The notes beneath the pieces are model-generated. The model ran no database searches, had not been told where the DNA came from, and saw nothing but the letters and a program-made list of their open reading frames with translations. A program made the position numbers and the translations under genes. Source: an uncultured Candidatus Saccharibacteria bacterium (lineage in GTDB: Bacteria > Patescibacteriota > Minisyncoccia > Phycocordibacterales > Phycocordibacteraceae). Taken from it: a stretch of 53,598 nt of DNA. Shown in pieces: positions 29,399 to 37,814 of the stretch (its first letter is position 1; the number at the start of each line of letters is the position of its first letter). The stretch covers positions 1-53,598 of the forward strand of contig CAYHLC010000001.1 of NCBI GenBank assembly GCA_964357395.1, written 5' to 3'.

Positions 29399-30354
29399 GT
29401 AGCACACTTATTTTGTTTGTGCAGTTCCTCCTTGTACTCGGCATTGCGCCCGGAGTGGTAGGTGCGGTGCGCTTGGTGAAGGCGCGTCTCCAAAACCGCC
29501 GTGGTGCGTCGCTTACGCAACCGTACTTCGCACTTGCGGCACTGATGCGTAAGGAGATGACCATACCGAGCAGCAGTACGTGGGTGTTCCATACCGTCCC
29601 CTTTGTCGTACTGGCGAGTGCACTTTTCTTGGCGGCGGTGTTGCCAACCGTTGGGTATGCCCTCGTGCCTGCCGGGTTTGACAACATATTCCTTATCGCG
29701 GCGACACTTGCTGTGGGCGCGGTCTTTCTCGTTATGGGTGGTATGGATACGGGGAGCACCTTTGGCAATATGGGGGCAAGTCGCGAGATGACACTTGCTG
29801 CGCTCGTTGAGCCAGCGCTCTACCTCGCTCTTGGGACACTCGCACTCGTTGCGGGCTCATGGAGCGTGGGCGCGATTGTGGGCTGGTTCGCAGTGTCTCA
29901 CTGGTTCCTTTCGGTACCATTCGTTGCCATAACACTGGTGGCACTTGTCTTGGTGCTGCTAGCAGAAAATGCACGGTACCCGGTAGATAACCCGGCGACC
30001 CACCTCGAGCTCACCATGGTCCATGAGGCGATGCTCCTCGAGTATTCGGGCCCATACTTGGCGCTCCTAGAGTATGCCTCAGCGCTCAAGCTCACTGCAC
30101 TCGGCATCTTCGTCCTTTCGTTGCTTGCGCCGATCGGTATGGTGGCAAGTGGTGCGACGCTGGGCGCGCTTGCGCTCGGGCTCCTCGCAGCAATTGGTAA
30201 GGCAGGCGTATTGGCACTGCTCGTGGGGGGTATCGAGACCGTCATAGTTAAGATGCGTTTTTATCGGATGCAGGAATATATGTCGATTGCCTACAGCATG
30301 GCGCTCGCGGGGCTATTCCTCACTATTATTCTCAACGCATATTCGGGCCTATGA
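29395..30354 (+). CDS. hyfC: HyfC/NuoH-like membrane subunit
   Basis: ARLQNRRG, GASRE, ENARYPVDNPATHLELTMVHEAM. Confidence 0.9.
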   Translation: MSSTLILFVQFLLVLGIAPGVVGAVRLVKARLQNRRGASLTQPYFALAALMRKEMTIPSSSTWVFHTVPFVVLASALFLAAVLPTVGYALVPAGFDNIFLIAATLAVGAVFLVMGGMDTGSTFGNMGASREMTLAALVEPALYLALGTLALVAGSWSVGAIVGWFAVSHWFLSVPFVAITLVALVLVLLAENARYPVDNPATHLELTMVHEAMLLEYSGPYLALLEYASALKLTALGIFVLSLLAPIGMVASGATLGALALGLLAAIGKAGVLALLVGGIETVIVKMRFYRMQEYMSIAYSMALAGLFLTIILNAYSGL

Positions 30355-31013
30355 TCACCCTCGCAGTACCATTCATCCAGATAACGCTCGCCGGTGCGAT
30401 GCTGGGCACCTCACTTTTGATATTCGGGAGGATGCGTCTGAAGTCGTTCGTCCTACTCTTCGCACTCCAGTCGCTCGCGCTCGCATCGTACGCGGCGACA
30501 ATTGCGCTCATAACGAGCGAGCACGAGCTACTGATTATGGCGGGGCTTATCGTGTTCGTTAAGTCGCTCTTGGTGCCGCTGTTCCTGCTTGGTGTCGCGC
30601 GTCGCTCTGGTGCGAGCGCCCGCCTCCATGCGTACCTCAAGCCCACGCTTGCGACATTCCTCGGTATTGTTGGCATCGCTGCAGCCTTTATCACTGCACG
30701 CGCAGCGCTCTCTTTTTTGGGTGCAGAATACGTGGTTACGAGCGTGGCTTTTTCGCTCATCGTGCTTGGACTCATGCTCCTTATTATTCGGCGAGACCTC
30801 TTTGGACAGAGCATCGGATTTTTGGTGATGGAGAACGGGATATTCTTGTTCGGGCTTGCTCTTTCTTCCGGCCTGCCGCTCCTGGTCGAAATAGGAATCT
30901 TTCTTGATGTGCTGGTCGGATTTATGCTCATGGGCGGCCTTGCCTATCGAGTGCAGAAAGAACACCACTCTGTCGGTACGGAATTGCTAAACACGCTCAC
31001 TGATCGCATATGA
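30351..31013 (+). CDS. hyfE: HyfE-like membrane subunit
   Basis: Hydrophobic; GFLVMENGI and LVEIGIFLD motifs. Confidence 0.85.
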   Translation: MITLAVPFIQITLAGAMLGTSLLIFGRMRLKSFVLLFALQSLALASYAATIALITSEHELLIMAGLIVFVKSLLVPLFLLGVARRSGASARLHAYLKPTLATFLGIVGIAAAFITARAALSFLGAEYVVTSVAFSLIVLGLMLLIIRRDLFGQSIGFLVMENGIFLFGLALSSGLPLLVEIGIFLDVLVGFMLMGGLAYRVQKEHHSVGTELLNTLTDRI

Positions 31014-32470
31014 CACCGGCACTCCTCCTCCTTACCACTTTCTTTGCTGCGCTGCTGCCGCTCGCCCGCGTGAGCACCGTTGTTACCTACCGCCTTGCGC
31101 TGGTGGGCTCAAGCGCCATATTAGTCGCTGGGCTCGCGCTCGGCATACCGATACTGATCGGTGCACCGCTCGTAACTGGCGACGGCTATTGGTACGTCGA
31201 TCGCTTTGCGGCGCTCCTGGTGTGCATCATCGCCTGTGTGCAGTGGACCGCGACCTTAAGTAGTGTGTCGTATCTGCGGCATGAGGCAGCAGACGGCATC
31301 ATTGGCATGACACACGTTCGTTGGTACTACGCAGTGGTATCGCTGTTTGTGCTGACCATGTTTGCGTGCGTGACCGCCAACAACCTCGGTCTCATGTGGG
31401 TAGCACTTGAGGGGACGACGCTTACTACAACACTACTCGTTGCGTTTTATGCACGTGACGGTTCGCTCGAGGCGGCATGGAAGTACCTCATTCTTTGTTC
31501 AGTAGGGATCTCGCTCGGACTTGTGGGCGTACTGCTCGTATTTTATGCTGCCTCCACAGTCGACGCGTCACCACTTATCGGGCAGTGGTTGTACCTGCGG
31601 AGCATCGCAACTCATCTGCCGGCAGAGATTATGTACATCGCGTTTGGATTCATAATGGTCGGATACGGCACTAAGGTAGGGCTGGTGCCTATGCACGCGT
31701 GGCTCCCCGACGCACATAGCCGGACCCCATCCCCAGTCTCCGGCATGCTCTCGGGCGTACTCCTCAGCGTTGCACTTTTTGCGATGCTCCGCTTCAAAAC
31801 GCTTACCGACGGTGCGCTTGGGGATTCTGCCTGGACTGATGGCTTATTCCTCGCGTTTGGTGCGCTCTCCGTCATCATCGCTGCCGCGTTTATCCTCGTG
31901 CAGCGTGATTACAAACGACTCCTTGCCTATTCATCGATTGAGCATATGGGACTTACCGTCTTCGCATTCGGACTTGGCGCGCCAGGCATGATTGCTGGCG
32001 TGATGCACCTCACGGGGCATGCGCTCGCAAAATCGATGCTCTTCTTCGCATCCGGCAATATACTCAACTATTATCGCAGTACACTGCTTGCGCGAGTCGG
32101 CGGCGTGGTGCGTCGTTTGCCGTACTCGGGCACCTTTTTTCTCATCGGCATCGCCGCCCTTTTGGCCGTGCCGCCGTCGCCGCTCTTCTTTAGCGAGTAT
32201 CTGATCATTACGACTGCGGTAATGTCACATCCGTGGTATCTCGCTGGCATCAGCGTGGCGCTCGCGGTGATCCTAGCGGGTATGCTTCAGTTGTTGATAC
32301 CGGTGCTCCTCAAGAACACGGCCGATACCCGCGGGGAGAGGGAACCCGAGGCGCTGACACTCTCGCACGCCGCAATGCTGCTCCACGTTGTTGTGCTGTT
32401 TGGTATGGGAGTCTTCTTTCTCATGCCACAGGGGTACGAGTTTATTAGAAGCATAGTACAGAGCATTTAG
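31010..32470 (+). CDS. hyfF: HyfF/NuoM-like antiporter-type subunit
   Basis: WVALEGTT, EAAWKY, GTKVGLVPMHAWLPDAH, KRLLAYSSIEHMG. Confidence 0.9.
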   Translation: MTPALLLLTTFFAALLPLARVSTVVTYRLALVGSSAILVAGLALGIPILIGAPLVTGDGYWYVDRFAALLVCIIACVQWTATLSSVSYLRHEAADGIIGMTHVRWYYAVVSLFVLTMFACVTANNLGLMWVALEGTTLTTTLLVAFYARDGSLEAAWKYLILCSVGISLGLVGVLLVFYAASTVDASPLIGQWLYLRSIATHLPAEIMYIAFGFIMVGYGTKVGLVPMHAWLPDAHSRTPSPVSGMLSGVLLSVALFAMLRFKTLTDGALGDSAWTDGLFLAFGALSVIIAAAFILVQRDYKRLLAYSSIEHMGLTVFAFGLGAPGMIAGVMHLTGHALAKSMLFFASGNILNYYRSTLLARVGGVVRRLPYSGTFFLIGIAALLAVPPSPLFFSEYLIITTAVMSHPWYLAGISVALAVILAGMLQLLIPVLLKNTADTRGEREPEALTLSHAAMLLHVVVLFGMGVFFLMPQGYEFIRSIVQSI

Positions 32471-32471
32471 T

Positions 32472-34010
32472 ATGTCACTCGAATCATTTGCTGCTGCAGC
32501 AGGTCTCATGTGTGAGAAGGGGGCTATCCGCACACCGCGTGAGTCTTTTGCAGACACGGTCACCACGCTCCTTGCGCGGGGAGCACGACTCACCCTTATG
32601 TACGCAACCGATGATCGTGAGATGAGTGGAGATTTCGGCGTGCATGCGGCGCTGGCAATCCCGAGGGAGGTGGACCTCGTCACTGTTTCGACGGTGGTCC
32701 CTGCGCACGATGCATCGTACCCATCGCTGACCAAGAGCTGCATGGCAGCACACTGGTACGAGCGGCAGATGCATGACCAGTTTGGCATTGTTGCAGTTGG
32801 ACACCCTGACTGGCGGCGCCTCATGCATCATGAAAATATCCCCGAGGGCACCTACCCCCTGCGCAAAGATTTCGCATGGGACACACGCCTCGCTCATGCG
32901 GCGGTCCCGTACCCCATGCATCAGGTGGAAGGGAAGGGTGTCTATGAGATCCCGGTCGGACCGATCCACGCAGGCATCATTGAACCAGGACACTTCCGCT
33001 TTAACGTGCGGGGCGAGCGCATCCTCACTTTGGAGGGGAAATTGTTTTTCACCCATAAGGGCGTGGAAAAGTTGGTCGAGGGCAGGACGCCCGAGGAGGC
33101 GCTGCCGTTTGTTGAGCGTGTTTCTGGCGATATGCCAGTGGGGCACACGCTTGCGTATGTGCAGGCGGTTGAGCGTGTATGCGCAGCGGTGGTTCCAGAG
33201 CGCGCAGAGTACCTCCGTACGATATATAACGAGCTCGAGCGGGTGACTATGCACGTCTTTGATATCGGCAATATTGGCGGCAACGGGACCGGGTTCACCT
33301 TTATGGCAGCACAAGGCTTCAGAAATGTTGAGATACTACGGCGTCTCTTTGCGCAGCATGTTGGGCACCGTTTTCTGCGCGGGGCGATAACGCTTGGGGG
33401 CGCGCACGATCTGTCCGGGGCAGCAGTGCAGGATATTGTCGCAACCGTTGAGCGTGTCACAGCGGATATGCAGCAGGTGATCGACATCGCGTACGCGAGC
33501 GATGGGCTCATGGAGCGGTTCGAGACGACTGGTATCCTAACCCGAGAGGCTGCGGGTGCATACGGCGCCGAAGGGGTTGCCGCACGCGCTTCCGGCGTGG
33601 ATCGCGATATGCGTCGCGATCATCCCTATGCGGCATACCAGCACAGTGCACCAAGTGTGATTACCGAGACTGCCGGCGATGTCGCTGCGCGCTTCGCTGT
33701 CCGTGTGCGAGAGCTCCTCGAGTCGTTGCGTCTTATCAAATCGTGCGCCGCTGCGCTGCCGGAGGGGGCGGTGCAGGCTCCGCTCGTGTACCGCGCGGGG
33801 AGCGCGTATGGGTGGGCAGAGGCGTGGCGCGGCGGGGTAGTCGACTGGGTACGGATGGACAGCGCAGGGAAGATAGATCGTCTGGTTATTCGCGACCCGT
33901 CGTTTTGTAACTGGCCACTCTTTGGCGAGTTGGCACCCGGCAACATTGTGCCCGACTTCCCGCTTTGCAACAAAAGCCTCAACCTCTCGTACTCGGGAAC
34001 TGATCTTTGA
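32472..34010 (+). CDS. HyfG/NuoCD-like large subunit of Ehr type, without NiFe CxxC motifs
   Basis: VGPIHAGIIEPGHFRF, HKGVEK, ERVSGD, DFPLCNKSLNLSYSGTDL. Confidence 0.9.
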   Translation: MSLESFAAAAGLMCEKGAIRTPRESFADTVTTLLARGARLTLMYATDDREMSGDFGVHAALAIPREVDLVTVSTVVPAHDASYPSLTKSCMAAHWYERQMHDQFGIVAVGHPDWRRLMHHENIPEGTYPLRKDFAWDTRLAHAAVPYPMHQVEGKGVYEIPVGPIHAGIIEPGHFRFNVRGERILTLEGKLFFTHKGVEKLVEGRTPEEALPFVERVSGDMPVGHTLAYVQAVERVCAAVVPERAEYLRTIYNELERVTMHVFDIGNIGGNGTGFTFMAAQGFRNVEILRRLFAQHVGHRFLRGAITLGGAHDLSGAAVQDIVATVERVTADMQQVIDIAYASDGLMERFETTGILTREAAGAYGAEGVAARASGVDRDMRRDHPYAAYQHSAPSVITETAGDVAARFAVRVRELLESLRLIKSCAAALPEGAVQAPLVYRAGSAYGWAEAWRGGVVDWVRMDSAGKIDRLVIRDPSFCNWPLFGELAPGNIVPDFPLCNKSLNLSYSGTDL

Positions 34011-34068
34011 CATAGCATATATTTTATGCTATGCTTTTGAAGCTCGTTACGAGTATAATTAATTTTCT

Positions 34069-34212
34069 ATGATAGAAGGATATCAAACACCTACAGAATT
34101 TATAGACACGGGCGCACGCTTCAGTCTGGAGGCTGTGGGTGCGATGTATCTCGCGCTGGCAGTACTTTTTGCAGTGTGTGCATATAGTCTTTGGAATAGG
34201 AACCGCAGCTAG
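34069..34212 (+). CDS. Putative 47-aa single-TM microprotein
   Basis: MIEGYQ...AMYLALAVLFAVCAYSLWNRNRS; TTGACA(34007)-N17-TATGCT upstream. Confidence 0.5.
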   Translation: MIEGYQTPTEFIDTGARFSLEAVGAMYLALAVLFAVCAYSLWNRNRS

Positions 34213-34254
34213 CCCACAGACAGGGGCAGCGGGGGTGTGGTACAGTTCCAATAG

Positions 34255-34380
34255 ATGGCACTTGGTGAGGGCGTAGGGTCTTCTCCGGATACTGCGGTGT
34301 CCTTCGGTCTTGTTGCGCTGCTGATTATCGTGTGTGCGCTCGTTGGAGATGCATACGCCAACCGCCACTACAAGCGCTAG
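34255..34380 (+). CDS. Putative 41-aa single-TM microprotein
   Basis: MALGEGVGSSPDTAVSFGLVALLIIVCALVGDAYANRHYKR; TGG-TACAGT-N8-ATG. Confidence 0.5.
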   Translation: MALGEGVGSSPDTAVSFGLVALLIIVCALVGDAYANRHYKR

Positions 34381-34676
34381 TGTCCTCGGTGTGGCGACTT
34401 TTCCCGTTCCGCTTTCCGTCGGGCGGATTCGTGATCGCTCGCTATATTCATCACAACGCTGTAGATCATAAGCCCAAGAAGCGGGAGCGTGCCAACGACC
34501 TCTATCGCATACCATTGCTCCCTGGTAATGGGTATCAGTCCGGATTCGTCGGCGATGAGCGCGCCGAGCGCGCCGAATGCTGTTATGACCGCAGTCCATG
34601 GGACCACCCTGCGTGCATCCATGGCCTGATTCCTCCGGTCCCGTGCTATCCAGTGTCTATCTTTTGTTTTTGCCAT
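34377..34676 (-). CDS. Small orphan membrane protein, 2 TM
   Basis: Two hydrophobic helices with basic ends. Confidence 0.65.
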   Translation of the reverse strand: MAKTKDRHWIARDRRNQAMDARRVVPWTAVITAFGALGALIADESGLIPITREQWYAIEVVGTLPLLGLMIYSVVMNIASDHESARRKAEREKSPHRGH

Positions 34677-34682
34677 ACTCTG

Positions 34683-35000
34683 TTACATCGTGCGGTGATA
34701 ATCTTCTTGGGCGTTTTCTTCCTGTTTGGCAAAGGTGCCGTTCCAGTATGCTAGGTATATCGTAGCGACAAGTGCAAGGATGCCGCCTATCAATACCTCC
34801 TCGAATGAAAGCTCTCCGTTTTCCTGATAGCTGCTCGACAGATAGGCGAGGTCAAAAAGCAGTGTTGCAACAACGCCTATTTGCCGTGCGCGCGCCCGGG
34901 CGGCTTTTTGTCCCACGACGCGCTCTAGCTTTCTTTTATGCCTTACTTTCCTCTCTTGATAGGCGATCTGCTCGTCGGTTAGCCCTTCTCCAAATTCCAT
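34683..35000 (-). CDS. Small orphan membrane protein, 2 TM
   Basis: MEFGEG... start; basic N-region followed by two hydrophobic helices. Confidence 0.65.
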   Translation of the reverse strand: MEFGEGLTDEQIAYQERKVRHKRKLERVVGQKAARARARQIGVVATLLFDLAYLSSSYQENGELSFEEVLIGGILALVATIYLAYWNGTFAKQEENAQEDYHRTM

Positions 35001-35048
35001 ATACACGGGCGCCAAGCGCCATGTGCGAAAAAATCGCTTATCAGTAAG

Positions 35049-35137
35049 GGCCAGGGAAGGGGGTGCAAAAACCTGATGTTTATCGCGCCTGTAGCACAAG
35101 AAATATCAAACTTCTGCTGGCCCCGCCTCCTAGGCCA
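35049..35137 (-). ncRNA. Unassigned rod-shaped RNA or structured leader, about 90 nt
   Basis: TTGACG-N17-TAGACT promoter (35172-35144) then a G-U-rich long hairpin. Confidence 0.5.
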
Positions 35138-35241
35138 GAGGTGAGTCTACGCCTCCTCCCTCCCGACGTCAACCTCCTTATGCACCAGTGATGTTTACAC
35201 TACCTCGCCCAGCACAACGATGTTCTGCAGGGGAGTAGTGT

Positions 35242-35289
35242 ACCTCCACAAACTAAAACTGCCCCGAAGGGCAGTTAGTTTGTGGAGGT
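35242..35289. terminator. Long hairpin after tmRNA that includes an inverted copy of its 3' end
   Basis: ACCTCCACAAACT..AACTGCCC-CGAA-GGGCAGTT-AGTTTGTGGAGGT. Confidence 0.75.
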
Positions 35290-35682
35290 GGAGAGTAATG
35301 AGCTCTCGTCCAAAAAACGTATTTCGGATGTGTCTACTGTGTGTAGTTTGTTTCAGCATTTAAGTACTACAGTAAGAATCAAACAAGATAATGTAGTACC
35401 GAGCTCTTAATTTTGAACTATCGTCGAGCGGTCGATAGTTCTGATCCTGAGGTTATTACACCAGAGCTACGCTATCAGGAGTCACGTAGGTAGCGCCGTC
35501 CTGGCCGAAGCGAGAACGGAATCGTCATGAGTTATGCCATTACCGGAGCAAGGGCGAAGTACTCACGAGGACTTGCGACAAGTGCTTTTGCATTTATCGT
35601 TTGTTCGAGATTTTAGGTGTTCTCCAACATTCACCACACAGCAACAAAAGAAATATATCTCTTGTCGAATCAGGTCACCCCC
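35283..35682 (-). ncRNA. ssrA: tmRNA
   Basis: 5' GGGGGTGACCTGATTCGAC; 3' CACCTCCA with G3-U70; tag AKALVASPREYFALAPVMA* (35591-35532); lies directly downstream of smpB. Confidence 0.93.
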
Positions 35683-35726
35683 TCGGGACACACAACAGGA
35701 GTTGCATGCCCGGAGCGAATGACCTG

Positions 35727-36170
35727 TTATTCACCTTTCAAAGTTCTGTCCATGTCCCGCGCGGCATCTCTATCCTTGAGGGCGGCGCGCTTGTCGTGGG
35801 CCTTTTTCTTGCGAGCCAAGCCAAAGCTGAGCTTCAAGAACCGGTTCTTATTATACACCATTAATGGTATCAGTGTCAAGCCCTTCCTCGAGTCCGCCCC
35901 CTCCAGCTCCCGTAGCTCCTTCCTACTCAAGAGGAGTCGCCTGGTACGCTCGGGGTCGTAGCTCTTGGGGACATTGCCCTGTTGGTATGGGCTAACGGTT
36001 GCCCCCACTAAGTATGCCTCATTCCCTCTGATGACGATATGAGCGCCTATTAGTGACCCTTTGCCACCCCTAACCGATTTGACCTCATGCCCATAGAGCT
36101 CGATCCCGGCTTCGTACGTTTCCAATATCTCGTACTCGAGCCTAGCCTTTTTGTTTTCGAGGAGTGCCAT
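35727..36170 (-). CDS. smpB: SsrA-binding protein
   Basis: NKKA, EAGIEL.G.EVKS, RTRRLLL, KKAHDKR. Confidence 0.98.
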   Translation of the reverse strand: MALLENKKARLEYEILETYEAGIELYGHEVKSVRGGKGSLIGAHIVIRGNEAYLVGATVSPYQQGNVPKSYDPERTRRLLLSRKELRELEGADSRKGLTLIPLMVYNKNRFLKLSFGLARKKKAHDKRAALKDRDAARDMDRTLKGE

Positions 36171-36993
36171 GTTTGAAGAGTGCTTGGAGCTCCCGGCTCC
36201 CGGCTACATCAGCGTACCCTAAATTAAACGCTTCAGTAAGCGTTTCGTTGCTGCCAGACATGGTTCGTACCTTAAGTGGTTTGGACGGACTGATGCAGTA
36301 CGCGCGTACCGACATGCGGGTAGGGCAGAGGCCTGGCGGCACGGCGAGGTCCCGCAGCATCGCCATGCGGAGGGGTCGCCTCGACGTGAGCGCCTTAGCA
36401 GTCAAGAAAAGCTTAGACACCGTGTCGCGCGCTGGGGGCTCGCAGTTAATAGTGATAAGCGTGGTTACGCCAGTCGACAACACCTTTCTGGCAAGGTCTT
36501 CAATATTCTCTCCCATGTCACCATCGATATACCGCTTGAGGCCGAGGCGCACCTTCTTGCCATACACAATGGGGAGCGCCTTTGCGGCACGCAGGACCTC
36601 GTAGTAGTCGAAGAAGGAGCGGTTGGTAATAAACTCGGTCGCGCCCGTTTGCACATTGGTAACAGGGATAAAGAACTTTGTCTTTGTCTTATCAATCGCC
36701 TTGGTATCGAGCGTCGCTTTCTTCCGAAAGATGGTGTCGATGAGGTAGTCGACATTGACGCCTCCGTTTGGCTTCAAAAACCCTGGATCGATAAGGAGTT
36801 TGGTCCACACTTTGCGCGCGAGCGTGTACTGGCGGGAGAGATAATAAAAGCCGTTGCCAGCGGAGCCTGATGCGGCCCCGAGTGCGTACGGTTCGTCAAA
36901 GCCGTACACCTCGTGGAGCGCGAGTAGTGCGCCGGCCGAGTAGCCACAGCGCATACCGCCACCTGTGAGGACGAGGCCGATCTTCTGCTTCAT
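36142..36993 (-). CDS. Patatin-like phospholipase
   Basis: GGGMRC, ASGSAG nucleophile region, YIDGD. Confidence 0.85.
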   Translation of the reverse strand: MKQKIGLVLTGGGMRCGYSAGALLALHEVYGFDEPYALGAASGSAGNGFYYLSRQYTLARKVWTKLLIDPGFLKPNGGVNVDYLIDTIFRKKATLDTKAIDKTKTKFFIPVTNVQTGATEFITNRSFFDYYEVLRAAKALPIVYGKKVRLGLKRYIDGDMGENIEDLARKVLSTGVTTLITINCEPPARDTVSKLFLTAKALTSRRPLRMAMLRDLAVPPGLCPTRMSVRAYCISPSKPLKVRTMSGSNETLTEAFNLGYADVAGSRELQALFKHGTPRKQKG

Positions 36994-37385
36994 AGTGTGC
37001 GGAAATTATAGCGGGCGTTGAGGAAGAATGATACCAGGCCGACCAATGCCGCAACGCTGATGCGTGCGACATAGAGGTCGAGGCCCACGAGCTCGACGAG
37101 GCCTGCAACGAGGAGTGTCACCAAGAGCGCGTTGCTGATCATGATCATCATAAAGAGCAGATACCCGTGGCCGACTGGCCGTTCGGTAGCAGTGAACACG
37201 AATTGCCGCACCAATCCGTAGTGCCCGCTGGTTGCGATCACGAACGCGAGTGGCACGGCAAAGACGTACACAAGCCCCACGATCTCGAAGAGGAGGTAGA
37301 TAAGGCCAAGGTCAACAGCAAAGGCGAGTGTCCCAAAGATCGAGTACCCCACGAACTGGCGTACCCACCTCCACGGGGTACTCAT
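36990..37385 (-). CDS. GtrA family membrane protein
   Basis: 4 TM; QFVGYSIFG, FVF, FFLNARYNF. Confidence 0.85.
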   Translation of the reverse strand: MSTPWRWVRQFVGYSIFGTLAFAVDLGLIYLLFEIVGLVYVFAVPLAFVIATSGHYGLVRQFVFTATERPVGHGYLLFMMIMISNALLVTLLVAGLVELVGLDLYVARISVAALVGLVSFFLNARYNFRTL

Positions 37386-37795
37386 ATGACTCGGAAATTG
37401 TACCGAGCGTTGAGGAAGAAGTTGGTGAGTCCAGCCAAGAGGCCCATACCAATACGGGCCCAATAGACGTCTGCTCCTGCATACTCGACGAGTAGGGTGG
37501 TGCCGACCGTGATGAGCGCTGCATCCGCCACAACTATTACAAGGAAGTACGCGAGCCCCATCGGCACTGATCGGCCTCCGTCACCGAAGACGAGTATGCG
37601 AGCACCAAAGTAGTGGCCGGCAGCGCCAAGGCCAAATGAGAGGATGACGGCGAGGTAGTACTGGAGGCCGAGGAGGTCATACAGGACATACAAAAGGAAA
37701 ATCGAAAACGCGAACATCGCCGCTCCGATGAGTGAGAATTGCGTGAGGTCGCTGCTCGTTTTCGCAACCGAGAGCTCCTTCGTTTTTTCGGTCAT
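37382..37795 (-). CDS. GtrA family membrane protein, tandem paralog
   Basis: 4 TM; shares the FFLNARYNFR C-terminus with its neighbour. Confidence 0.85.
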   Translation of the reverse strand: MTEKTKELSVAKTSSDLTQFSLIGAAMFAFSIFLLYVLYDLLGLQYYLAVILSFGLGAAGHYFGARILVFGDGGRSVPMGLAYFLVIVVADAALITVGTTLLVEYAGADVYWARIGMGLLAGLTNFFLNARYNFRVI

Positions 37796-37814
37796 ACCGT
37801 ATATACTAGCGTAT
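37796..37814. promoter_or_regulatory. Overlapping bidirectional -10 elements for divergent leaderless gtrA and ftsH
   Basis: TATACT (+) and TAGTAT (-), each 7 nt before an ATG. Confidence 0.65.

Noticed and set aside
32472-34010. True group 4 [NiFe]-hydrogenase or formate hydrogenlyase
   Set aside because: Both CxxC NiFe motifs are missing and there are no hyp or fdh genes in the window.
35049-35137. Canonical SRP (4.5S) RNA
   Set aside because: Lacks the GNRA tetraloop and the conserved helix 8 internal loop.
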